Positions 23,201-33,000 of a stretch of 64,000 nt of DNA are shown here, piece by piece. The DNA comes from Phoronis australis. Taxonomy: Eukaryota; Animalia; Phoronida. The notes under the pieces were generated by a model that saw nothing but the letters and a program-made list of their open reading frames with translations, had not been told where the DNA came from and did not search any database. The stretch is from NCBI GenBank assembly GCA_002633005.1, contig NMRA01000188.1, positions 162,853 to 226,852 on the forward strand, in the 5' to 3' direction. A program made the translations under genes and the position numbers. Positions within the stretch are counted from its first letter, which is position 1. Each line of letters begins with the position of its first letter.

Positions 23201-23646
23201 AGTGAATGTGTTTGCCATGAAGCAAGTGGAAACTCTAGTGTGAATTATCGAGAACGTATCACTTCGTTGTTGCGAGACAACTTCAATGTACATGTCCAGT
23301 TATTGCTCCGATGGCGGGATTTTAAGCTGGGAGATCAAGAATTTAATTCACAATGTCAAAGGCATAGTGCAGAATTATTCCTTATCTTGTTTGATTGATG
23401 TGAATGCCAGTGGGAGCCTATTTGCAGTTGCATGAATGGACATGCATGTTCTGATAAGTCATTGTGTGCTTATTTCATGTTCGCAACATTTTCCACTGCC
23501 CTTAAAGGACTTACAAAACTGATTTTCTGTTTGCTCTTCTCATCAGCTGCAAAATGAAGTAAAATGTTTAATTCCAGATCATCATGGCCAAAGCAGCAGG
23601 TGGGCCTAAGCCGAAAGAAAACAAGAACTGGGATGACGATGATTAA
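5156..23646 (+). CDS. CCT8: T-complex protein 1 subunit theta (CCT8), complete 16-exon gene, 545 aa
   Basis: join(5156-5215,8531-8621,10036-10115,12808-12939,13755-13824,14328-14456,15471-15532,16181-16318,16666-16737,17762-17935,19007-19094,19732-19847,20174-20245,21657-21821,22719-22838,23578-23646) = 1638 nt. All introns are GT-AG with consistent phase. Theta-specific sequences: SGLEEAVYKNIEACKELA, VTNDAATILRELEVQHPAAK, GDGTNFV, SKQYGNEDFL, SKWDLRRLCK, DQIIMAKAAGGPKP...WDDDD. Confidence 0.97.
5402..5416. promoter_or_regulatory. Heat-shock element (3 inverted nGAAn units) in CCT8 intron 1
   Basis: gTTCtaGAAcaTTCa is a perfect nTTCnnGAAnnTTCn. Confidence 0.5.
5724..6528. mobile_element. Tc1/mariner-like non-autonomous element (IR/DR type), TA target site
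   Basis: Left end TA|CAGTCAGAGGCCCTAAAGTCGTGA with the CCTAAAGTCGTGA motif doubled; inverted copies TCACGACTTTAGG near 6311 and 6507; right end ...CCCCGGTG|TA. Confidence 0.65.
6852..7046. mobile_element. Internally deleted, decayed copy of the 37370-38508 MITE family
   Basis: 6895-7046 aligns by eye to 38345-38510 (GGGGATGGGCRCTTAACCGAGAGG...GCATGGGCGTTAACCCGAACG). Confidence 0.75.
7049..8170. mobile_element. Dispersed repeat with ~145-bp internal subunits and CTCF-like motifs (possibly Helentron/DINE-1-like non-autonomous element)
   Basis: Terminal palindrome CCATTCATGAATGG near 7051; eight GCCNCCTAGTGG-type motifs; related copies at 15850-16100 and, inverted, at 32310-33010. The family assignment is inference. 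Confidence 0.65.
8531..8621 (+). CDS. CCT8: CCT8 exon 2
   Basis: HYSGLEEAVYKNIEACKELAKTTRSAYGPN(G); AG/GTAAG. Confidence 0.95.
8785..9070. repeat. Dispersed repeat (DNA-transposon-like), homologous to 57345-57690
   Basis: Shared blocks AAAAATCCCAGGT...CTGAGGT..CCAAAACTGAAAATC and AATTCCTCCCG...GAACAATTC. Confidence 0.7.
9729..9850 (+). mobile_element. tRNA-derived SINE (5' part)
   Basis: A-box-like TGGCCTGGTTG, B box GGTTCAAGTCC (9781-9791), then a CCTTGAGCCAGG central-domain-like motif; no tRNA cloverleaf. Confidence 0.65.
10036..10115 (+). CDS. CCT8: CCT8 exon 3
   Basis: QNKMVINHLEKLFVTNDAATILRELE; TTCAG/GTAAG. Confidence 0.95.
10367..12410. mobile_element. Non-autonomous TIR element with TA target site and subterminal repeat array, in CCT8 intron 3
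   Basis: TA|CTCTCGAGTTC ... GAACTCGAGAG|TA; about 10 copies of an AATAATAGTATAGAC-like motif at 10398-10755 and related GTATAGA motifs at 12320-12390; no transposase ORF seen. Confidence 0.6.
12808..12939 (+). CDS. CCT8: CCT8 exon 4
   Basis: VQHPAAKMLVLASQQQEQECGDGTNFVLVLAGALLEQAEELLKS; AG/GTGAG. Confidence 0.95.
13755..13824 (+). CDS. CCT8: CCT8 exon 5
   Basis: GLSVTEVIEGYEIALKKALEVLP; ACAG/GTTCG. Confidence 0.93.
14328..14456 (+). CDS. CCT8: CCT8 exon 6
   Basis: (D)LVCGKVEDLLSKEDVTRAIRTSVMSKQYGNEDFLSTLIANAC; CCAG/GTAAG. Confidence 0.95.
15471..15532 (+). CDS. CCT8: CCT8 exon 7
   Basis: (M)SVFSKKQTFSVESIRISKIL; TTTCAG/GTAAG; 62 nt restores the frame between exons 6 and 8. Confidence 0.88.
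15850..16100. repeat. Partial copy of the 7049-8170 repeat family
   Basis: High by-eye similarity to 7955-8168 (TTTGTTTCTCTGAAGTTCCTTGACA...GCATTTCAA...CGTTGC). Confidence 0.8.
16181..16318 (+). CDS. CCT8: CCT8 exon 8
   Basis: GSGIHNSSVIQGMVFKRDVESDINKASACKVAVYSCPLDIMQTETK; ACAG/GTGAG. Confidence 0.95.
16666..16737 (+). CDS. CCT8: CCT8 exon 9
   Basis: GTVLIKTAKELVDFSKGEESLVEE; ACAG/GTAAG. Confidence 0.95.
17762..17935 (+). CDS. CCT8: CCT8 exon 10
   Basis: QIKSIADTGCKVVVTGGKVGELALHYANKYGLMVVRLLSKWDLRRLCKAIGATPLPRI; CCAG/GTAAG. Confidence 0.96.
18073..18430. repeat. 35-bp minisatellite, about 10 copies, CCT8 intron 10
   Basis: Unit ATTC(C/G)TCTGTGTGTTGTACTATGTAGTATATGA(G/A)C, head-to-tail, near-identical, no spacers. 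Confidence 0.97.
19007..19094 (+). CDS. CCT8: CCT8 exon 11
   Basis: TAPTAEELGHCDNVYVDEIGDTPVIIFRQ; GTAG/GTAAT. Confidence 0.95.
19732..19847 (+). CDS. CCT8: CCT8 exon 12
   Basis: (E)KEESALATLVIRGSTDNILDDIERAVDDGVNTFKALTK; ACAG/GTTTG. Confidence 0.95.
20174..20245 (+). CDS. CCT8: CCT8 exon 13
   Basis: DNRLVPGAGATEIELAKLLTSYGE; ACAG/GTAGG. Confidence 0.95.
21465..21560 (+). mobile_element. Decayed tRNA-derived SINE fragment
   Basis: B-box-like GAGTTCAATTCCTGGCC followed by TGTCGTTGAACAACGCACGTAACT, resembling the SINE central motif TGTCCTTGAGCAAGGCACTTAACT. Confidence 0.45.
21657..21821 (+). CDS. CCT8: CCT8 exon 14
   Basis: TRPGLDQYAIKKFAEALEVMPRALAENAGVKATEVISKMYAAHQQGDRNAGFDIE; GCAG/GTGAG. 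Confidence 0.96.
22719..22838 (+). CDS. CCT8: CCT8 exon 15
   Basis: AGGPSLRDAKEAAILDLYLTKYWGMKFATTAACTVLNVDQ; ACAG/GTGAG. Confidence 0.95.
23578..23646 (+). CDS. CCT8: CCT8 exon 16 (last coding exon)
   Basis: IIMAKAAGGPKPKENKNWDDDD*; TCCAG acceptor, TAA stop. Confidence 0.95.
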   Translation: MIMAKAAGGPKPKENKNWDDDD

Positions 23647-23799
23647 CGGACCATTCACTATCCCATTGTGTGGCAGTAGTCTAATCTCAGTCAACATCAT
23701 GATGAAATTCAGTTTTCCAGTTTCAATGGACTATTTAAAATCTGAAAATGTGTGATGCAACTTTTGTACTTGTGTTTGTGAATGTCTTTAATTTTGTTG

Positions 23800-23805
23800 A
23801 ATAAA
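23800..23805 (+). terminator. Probable CCT8 polyadenylation signal
   Basis: First AATAAA, 154 nt after the stop codon, preceded by a UG/U-rich tract. Confidence 0.6.
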
Positions 23806-25338
23806 TCTGATTTCAACGAGGCCAACTGATTCCTACTCTTGAATATAGTAAAACTCATACAAGTCAAATCCAACCGCATCGAGAGATTTCATCAGAGTTA
23901 GGCAAAATCTGACTTTTCTGAAGGCCACGACATATCTGACCCAGTTAATGCATACTTTGATGTTCAGTGGTCGTACCTTGGTCAGTTTCAGTGTGCAGAG
24001 TAGTCAGAAGTAGCCTATCTGTATTATGCAAATAAATATGTGCCTGCAGTACGTGATGTCGTTTGAACGACTGTGTGCAATCATAACCTGAATTGTCTAT
24101 GGCTAATTATAATGAATTCTCAATAACAGCCAAAATTCTCTCTTCAACATGATATAAATGCATACATAGATATCCATTTATCTTTGTAATATAGTTCTGG
24201 ATTCACGTTTTCATGACATGCATCCAATGCAGGTCTTAGTTCAACCCTTATGGGGCATCGTACATGCGAGTTAAGACTACACTGCTCTGAACACCGTAAC
24301 CTCGTCGTAACCCGAGGTACTGGGGAAAACCTGTCTATTTTTGAAGGTTAATACACGCGTATTCAAAATGTTCATAAAACACTTAATATTACGTAATGCC
24401 TTGTGGGTGTTTGCTTGCAATGTATTTTAAACCAACTTCATCATGGCCAGTCTAGCAATGCACGGGCTGTGCAAGGAAGGCATAGAAACAAGATGCCAGT
24501 GGTTAGGTTTTTATCAGAAAGGAAATTAATGAAGGAAACATGCAGCTCTATACATTACTAGAAGGGTTTAACATGAGCAAAAGCAAAGCCAAAGCATACA
24601 AATAATGTATAGATAAATCTGCGAATGTAAGAACGGCAGACACAAATTGATGACCCATAGGCCTTCAAAACAGACTCGTCGGTCTTCAAAATTGACTCCT
24701 AGATTTGAGGACCTGTGGGTAGACATTTTTTTCTAAAATGAACCTTGAAATTGCAATACAAACATACATAAAAATGCATGAATGAAAATTTGACACGAGG
24801 TATTTGTAAAATGGAGATACCTTTTCATAAACCAAACCTTAAGCCAAACTATTCCAGGCAATCTTAATCTCCTTTCAGTGACTGAAGGATAACACATGAC
24901 CAGCTTTGACAAGCAGCCTTTCTAGGAATACCACAGTTACTGGTGTCAAAGAGGAGCCATTGTAATATCCAACTGAGCCTGAAAGATCTACTGCCGTAGT
25001 TAGCATGATTTGCATTGCATTTATTTTATTTTATGATTACTAGATGTTCGTTAGATTCAAGAAATTACTCATACACAAATCTTGAGAAAAAGTAGAAATA
25101 CCGTCCTCTAAAAAAGTAGGAAAATGTTCAGTGTTGAAAGGCCTGTACAATATTACGTCACTAAAAGGGAAATGAACTGGCTGGAGTAGCCTGCCTTCCT
25201 TGAAAACCACTAACTGTTCTCACCTACATTTTCTGTTGTGACCTGTTTTCCAGCTCATGCTTTTTCCAGAGACCAAACTGAAAGCCATTTGTTAAATGAA
25301 GAAAGGTTACAACGAAGTATTGTATAAATGCAGATAGA

Positions 25339-25344
25339 TTTATT
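25339..25344 (-). terminator. Candidate polyadenylation signal of the Tubby-family gene
   Basis: AATAAA on the minus strand about 1.6 kb past the stop; alternatives near 25020-25030. Confidence 0.35.
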
Positions 25345-26920
25345 TGACAAATAAAATTTACAAAGGCAGCAAAATTTGTGTCACGATAAAATCAACTTAT
25401 CATAAAACGGACGGATTGACAAACTGGACGCGTAAATAGCTGCTTTGGAGAAAGCTGAACATGTCCTATTGTGCTTCCACGCAAGCTTAGAGCAAAAATA
25501 TTCTTTCGCATATAATGTTATCTAAGCATTAAGTACTACTATCCTTTAACACAAGTTAGTGAACACAAAGCATTAGGTCTGTTCCTTCATTCTGACTGTC
25601 ACCCTATCAAAGGGAACATTTAACAACTCTATAAGACTACAGGCACAACAACCAAGCATTCGGCTGTACAAGGCTTGACTAATAACGAATAAATTACTCG
25701 TCCGGCTACTTGACAATGGAGCATTCAGCTGTATAAAGTTGACTAATAATGAGCGAATTAATGCCTGGCTACTTGAAGCAGAACAGCAACAGAGTTATTC
25801 CATCCATTTGAAATTCAGATATTCTTCTATATACAAACAGTATCAGCTTACTCTAGTGTCAATCACATGCTCTGAAATATAACAAGTGTATCAGAACATA
25901 CATGGAAATTACATGGCAGACTTGGCCATAACTGGATAGTTCACAGTATACTGAGACGTAAACAAATTTGATCGCTCTACGCAACGCCACGAACGTAAAC
26001 AACTTAGCATTAAACAGCAAAATAATCAAAATTATGCTCCATCTGCTCCGACATGGAATAGCTATCAAAGACAGCAAAACAAAATAAATATACAGATAAA
26101 CCAGTGTAACCAAATGAATACTTAAGTCATTATTTCCTAAGCTGTCCTGGACTATCAGATTTGTCTCAAGTACTCGAGTGAATTATTTAAACTAATTTTT
26201 CAGAGGTAAGTCAGAATTCTAAGTACCCAAACCAAGCATTAAACTATAAATATGTTCAAATAACAATCCCCAGATGACTTGGATATACTTGATAGTCATT
26301 CACCGTTCCTCTGAAGGACAGTTTTTATCAGTTGCACAAAAACCACGTAGACATAAATTTCTCTGCCAAGAACCCGTTGTAATACACACTCCAGTACACA
26401 CAGTTAGAACTGTTAACATACATGTAAATATATTTCTGTTTATAATTAGATATCTGCCTATCATACATTTGTTTTTTGATCCACAAAAAAACGCATCTGA
26501 AAATGGGACATTCTCTGTAAACAGCTGAAAAATAACGGCGGGTCAATTTTTATCACCAGCAAAATACTTTATGATTATTTCGCATACAATCGCAAAGATT
26601 TTTCAATATTTATAAGTTACATTGCTCAGACCAATACACCTTCACATTGTACCCAGATGCTTGAAAAAAAGATATAACATAATCGAGAAGTAAAGAAAAC
26701 CTAGAGGGAGTAATCGATTGGTTGCCCTAGTCAACAGCAAAAATGGTTTACATTGCAACGGGTGAAAACCATGAAAAAGCTTTCATCATAAAACATTTCT
26801 GAGTTACTCAACACTATGAGACTGTATTTTTCAAATTAAACAGAGGCTTGTCCGCTGCATGTCAAAATGGCGCCAATCACTTGATAAAACCGCCTCAGAA
26901 CTGTGTGGACGTGGCGACGG

Positions 26921-27054
26921 CTACTCACAGGCCAGCTTGCTGTCGAAGCTGCTGAGCGCCACAGCAAACGCCTGCACTGCACACATTGGATAGTTGAAGT
27001 CCATAGTGAACACCTCCTCAGCAACACGGCCAAACTGCATCACGATGTAGTCCA
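26921..27054 (-). CDS. TUB: Tubby last coding exon
   Basis: (V)[43 protein letters not shown]. Confidence 0.96.
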
Positions 27055-30000
27055 CTAAAAGATGCCAGATAAGGTGGTGAAGAACAAGTAACATGACTAG
27101 TGATATAATTTGTGCCACATATTTATTTGTTCACATACAATTCAACTACTAACAGTACAAGCCAAAAGAAAATAATCATTGTTTTCGCGAAATAACAGCC
27201 TATTCCACTTGCAGACTTTTTCTGCTTAATTCTGGCTGAAAATGATCACCATAAGGCAGTTTAATTACGATTCACTGTGTACGAAATATAAGAAAGAGTT
27301 AAAAGGTTTTCCCTTTTATTACCTTTCCCTTGAATGACCTGTCATAATGGAAAGCTATCATGCAACCGTTGCTACGCAGAAATACGTAAAGCGCTGAGCC
27401 GTCATGACACTGAATAACAGGCTATTTTGTCTGTTCTCGTTTGGCTTCCACATTACTTTGCAAGTCAAATTCAATTCACTGTACTGAAACACTGATTTTC
27501 AACTTCATTCTTATTGAAGACTGGCAAAAATGCAGAGCAAAACGCTTTTGCTACTTTTCAAAACGGTTTAGCCAGATGTTACGTTCATCCCTTTTCCTTC
27601 AGAGTTTTCACCATAACTCCAAAAAAGTCTGACATATTTCAATGATACAGAAAATCTTAACTTCTCTTAGAAACTCCTGCCAGCTATACAGTCAAGTGAA
27701 CTACAAGGTGTTTCACAAGACACACCAACTTTAAGAGCTGCCCTATATTTCATGTTAGTAACGCATCACATGGCCAGTAAAGAGACAACAATTCAGTAAC
27801 TGAGACGCAGCAAATTCAAAGAGAGTACATTTTTGAGACAACCTGTTATGGCTGTGACATCAATATCGAGAGCCAACAATAGGTCACTGCATAAGCTTCT
27901 GATGGCATCATATCACTGTTGACTTAAAACTTACAGTTGCTTTTACTGAAGAGATTTGATATCGAAAATTAAATTGCACTTGGAAATTTTGTCTTATTCT
28001 CCATGGAACCATTTCCAAAAATAAAAATGTAATCTAAATTCAACAACGTACAAAGTTTCTGAGAATATAATGATACCCCAAATTCATAATCAATTAAAAA
28101 ATTTACGTGGATCATTGTTTTGCTGTTATGTGCTAACTGCTGCATTGCAAAAATGTTTTTAGTTAAAGAGAAGTGGGATCGCAAGACGAAATTTCCATGT
28201 GCTAAAAGCAGGCCACAAGACTGGTCAGGGAATATTAGGCCGAAATCTTTTCAGCGAATGTGCACAAGACTGTAACTTATCACGGCAGCTGAAAGTGGAC
28301 AGAGTTCAACACACTACTCACCGTCATTGTCATGTACAATTTGGAAATTTTTGACTGATGCCTGCGTGACTCGACCATGGAAATTGAGCACATATGACTG
28401 TGTTTCTGGAAAAGATGTCCAATAATGCATGCTTATACAGAAATCAAATGAAATCAATGTCTTAACAAAACAACATGTTCGAGGCAAGATGATGACAAGT
28501 CACGTAAAGCATCTTTCCACGACCAAGTGAAGCAAAACCATTTGACTGGTAAAGCTGGACATGTCCACTGAAATATTCTTGCTAAGATAACAGTGTAGGA
28601 GTATTTCCTAGACATTCTGCGCATATATTAACTGGATATTCCAAAAAATGAAGCATTATGTGCCTTATATACAGAGTGAGATTTCTTCTCGAAATTCACA
28701 CTTGAAAGCAGACACCAGCCAAATATCTTCGACTGAGCTCGATTAGAACTGCAAGTTGAATTTGAGATCTTGTTGAGAAAGAAACTTATGAGTTGATTTA
28801 AGTGATGAAGCAAAGCCAAGAATGACTTAAACTCAGGACACAGTACAAAAAATAGGTTCACAAAAGGGGACAGCAAAATTGTACACTTGTTTCTACAGCA
28901 AAGCTACTTTGCTGTCCAAAACTTGGATACAGTAAGAAAAATGGACTGACAAAAGAAGGCAGCACATATACTTGTTTCTGTAGCCAAGACTCATCTACTG
29001 CTGTAAACTCTTACACAGCAAGAAAACAGGCCAACAAATGAGCACAGCACAAACACTTGTTCCCGGCTGGCATTTTGTCGTTACTGTCAGGGTTCCAAGA
29101 TGAAACACATGCCAAGAGATATAAAAGTGCCCTAAATGTACTACTATCAAGGACGTAATAAGAAATTTGGGAAAAAAGGGCACCACCTACCATCGTTCCA
29201 CACTGGCGTTTTGTTGTGTAGCTCCAGAAGGTTCTCCATGTGTTTCCGTTTCCAGCGTTCGCACAAACCGTCATGCTCCGTCCGTGGTCTCACCTCCACC
29301 CGCTCCTGGTCCAAGTTCATACCGGGAATCACCACCGTCATCTTGCGTGGTCCCTTGAACCCGAGCACGTTCGTCTCCTGTATAACACAAGTCACGTTAC
29401 TAGCACTCATTTTTACTTCAAATCAGGGCATGGTGTGGTCACCTTGTCAGTGAAGTTGAAATCATGCCAGATAAGTGAAGAAAACAGGAAAATATTACGA
29501 AACAAATTTTCAGAGACCAACCTTAAGCCCAGTGATTGGAATTAATGAGCCAACACTTGTGTGGGGAAATACGGTCTAACAGTAGCACATCGACTCCATG
29601 CGCACACCCAGGGGAGGCCTCGGGGGCTCAAATGAGCTCCCCCCATTTGGCGAAATGGGCAAAAAGGTCCGCCTCGGAGAAACAAAACGCCCGAAAAAGC
29701 AGAAAACGAAACAAAAGTCCACTTAAAAGGCAGAAATTTGGCAAATGCACAATTCATGGCTCTGAAAGTACCCCATTTTGTAGTAAAACGAAACTAAAGT
29801 CCACTAAGAAGGCAGAAATTCGGCAAATGCACAATTCATGGCTCTGAAAGTACCCCATTTTTTTGGCGATATGGGCAAAAAGGTCCGCCTCGGAGAAACA
29901 AAAAGCCCGAAAAAGCAGAAAACGAAACAAAAGTCCACTTAAAAGGCAGAAATTTGGCAAATGCACAATTCATGGCTCTGAAAGTGCCCCATTTTGTTTT

Positions 30001-33000
30001 TTTTTTAGTAAAACGAAACAAAAGTCTACTAAAAAGGCAGAAATTCGGCAAATGCGCAATTCATGGCTCTGAAAGTACCCCATTTTTTTTAGTAAAAGGT
30101 CTCCATTCTCAAATATTTGAGCCCCCAAATATTTAGGCTGGATGCCCGCATGTAGTCAACATTTATACTGTGAAGTGAAGTGATCATGGCTTTCCAGCGA
30201 CACTGTTTTAGACATTATTCACAAAGTATACACAGTGCAACAAACTGGACAGCGATCAAACAACCACAGACTGTATCACATCCTGCAGCAGCTTAAACTT
30301 TGAACCTTCTCAGACATCCTGGCAACAACACAGTGCTTACATAAACAATGGCAGCCAGTTCCCGCCGTGAAGAGTCCATAGCAGCTTTCTTTGGATTGAT
30401 GCCACTGTCAAACACAGTAAACTGGGTTCCAAGTAAGTTTGATCTGCAAAAAACAAAGTTTGGTCAGAGACGTAGACGGAAACTCCACAGGGAGGCGAGA
30501 GGAACAAACATGAACGTTCCAACACAGGAGATGTAACAAAATCTAAACTGACAACTCATCATAAACACTGCTATCAACAAACCACACCCCCATGGACTGC
30601 GGATAAAGTAGTACCATAGTGCCACACAAGTTTGTCTATAATACACGGACAATCAATTCAAGTTCAAAAGTTCAAGTTCAAAAGTTCAATTAGTACAGGT
30701 TATTAATAGCCAACCTTTATCGCAGACATAGTTTACTACCTTAACTTTCCAACAAAGGACTCTCCTCCCCTGGACAGGTCTGTGGGGTCTACTGATATCA
30801 AGTAGTTGGCTGTGGTGCTCTTCTTGCGCTTCCGGCCAGCCAAAAGAAACACCTGAAATGCACAGTTGTAGCAATCATTTTAGACACGGTGCCCTTTGCC
30901 AAACTCACATACAACTTCCCTTCAAGACAGAAGCTTGCCAATTTAGAGTCCTTAGCAGTCACCCCGCAGTGTCCTTTGAATTGATCAACACGTACAACTT
31001 TCCAGAAAACCAAAGCCTACCAATAGACAGCCTTCAGCAGCAACCATGCTCAGCAACAAGCCCTTTGATTGACATGTATAATTTTCTGAAGACCAAAGCC
31101 AACCAACAGACAGCCTTAAGCAACAGCTATGCTAGCCACCCAGTCGTTTGATTAACGCCAATAACTTTGAAGCAGACCAAAACCTACCAATGTGTATACA
31201 GTGGCAGCAACTATGATAAGTCAAATGCCACTTCACAAACTCAAAATATATCCAAAGTGAAGCCAGTCTGTAGACCATAGCAGGAAATGCTTTGTGCATA
31301 ACTGTCCATTCGAGGAAACATCACCACGTTTCTTAGGTGATTAATTTGTCTAAGAGCACAGTACTTAAAGTGGCCATAAATTTGACTCCCGTCACGAAAA
31401 ACAACTTTGGTTTAAACAGTTATGAAATTGGTCTCAAACTGTCCATCAGTCAAGGAATAATGAACTGCCAGTTCTTTGCAAATCCAGAAAAAAATTCTAT
31501 AATATTTGAGCAAGGAACTTTGGAGTAAGGAACAATTTGTGACCAATTTTGTAGCAATATGGGGACAAACTCAAAGTTCACTTCTCCAACAGAACGCAGA
31601 TTTACAGCCAATTCCAAAGAACAGTACAATCAATCTACTTTATGGTATGGCGTTTTCCCTTGTATTTGGGATGACCGTAATTACATCACGAAAAGAGAAA
31701 GTGAGTTTCCAGAGCGACTGGAACTAATGACAGTACTTGCATTAGATAGCTCTGAAGCAAGATCATTATGGATCACACATCACTGAATTACCCCACACTA
31801 ACATGACGCAAGCATCATTGAATTATCATACCGTAACATGCACGACAGCTTCAGCAGTCAATCAATCCAAACTAGAAGGATAAGACCTAAACACTTTCAA
31901 GTGATCGAGGCTTAAGTCTGCATAAACAAAGTACGCTATAGCCACAATCTGTTATAGGACTTTTTCTTGCAGCGACTGCAGCTTAGCCACGGTATTACAA
32001 CCAAAAACGAAAACTAATGAAATGACTCACAAGTAGTGAAAACAACCTAAGCCAACGCCATATGTACTTAAAGTAGACATTAATCCGAGATGCGAAAAGT
32101 TTGCACGAGACTAATCCTTCGTAATGCAATGGGCATGCAGGTGGCTTAACGAACTCTAAAAAATCAATTATTCTCCTGCTGCACTTCAGATACGGGAGAC
32201 AGGATATAGAGAGTAGGCAAAAACCAGCAAATGACAGCAAGAAGCAATTAAAATAAACTTACACTTGCTGATTATCTACGTTGAGAAAAACACCTACAAT
32301 TTTAAAACAGGACAAACGCAGAGCATTGATATTTACCAAATTTCATAAAAATCTGTCAAGAAACTTCAAAGCTATCGAGGATAACAAAAAAAAATAAAAT
32401 TGCCACCAGGGGACACGGCGGTTATTAGATCTATCCGAAAGTGGTCGTTGGTTGTTAACTTCTAACACAATGATACACTTGCCAAATTTAATGAAGATCA
32501 TACAGAGGATTTAGGACATACAGCCGTGGACTCAACAACCAAAACTGCCACTAAGGGGTGCAACAGTAGTCAAAGCCATTCAAAAATCATCGTCAGGGAT
32601 CCTCTTCACTGTAGGAATAAGTAACCACATGTTCGTAACCATCCTTAGAGTGGTTTGGCTAACAGATGGGCGAATGTCAAAGAACGGACTCGAAAACAGT
32701 AAACAAGGCCACGAAGTGGAGCAAAATACCTCGAGTCCAACCAAAAACAGGAAGGTGGCATCATATGTCACTTATAGATTCCTATTTGCCATATTTTTAT
32801 AAGGAACTCTGAAGATACAAAGGTAGACATAAAAAAACTGAAATTGCCACCCAAGAAAGGGACATATCCACAAAATTTCATGAATGTAAATCCAAAGATT
32901 TTGGAAATACAGCAGCGGATGCAGGATACCTGATGGACGCCGCACGGACGTTTAATGGATAGGGATGACGGCATAAAGGGTCCACCAAGCCACATAGCTA

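Noticed and set aside
29536-30136. Repetitive Lys-rich ORFs on both strands
   Set aside because: They come from the tandemly duplicated MITE interior; no splice or homology support.
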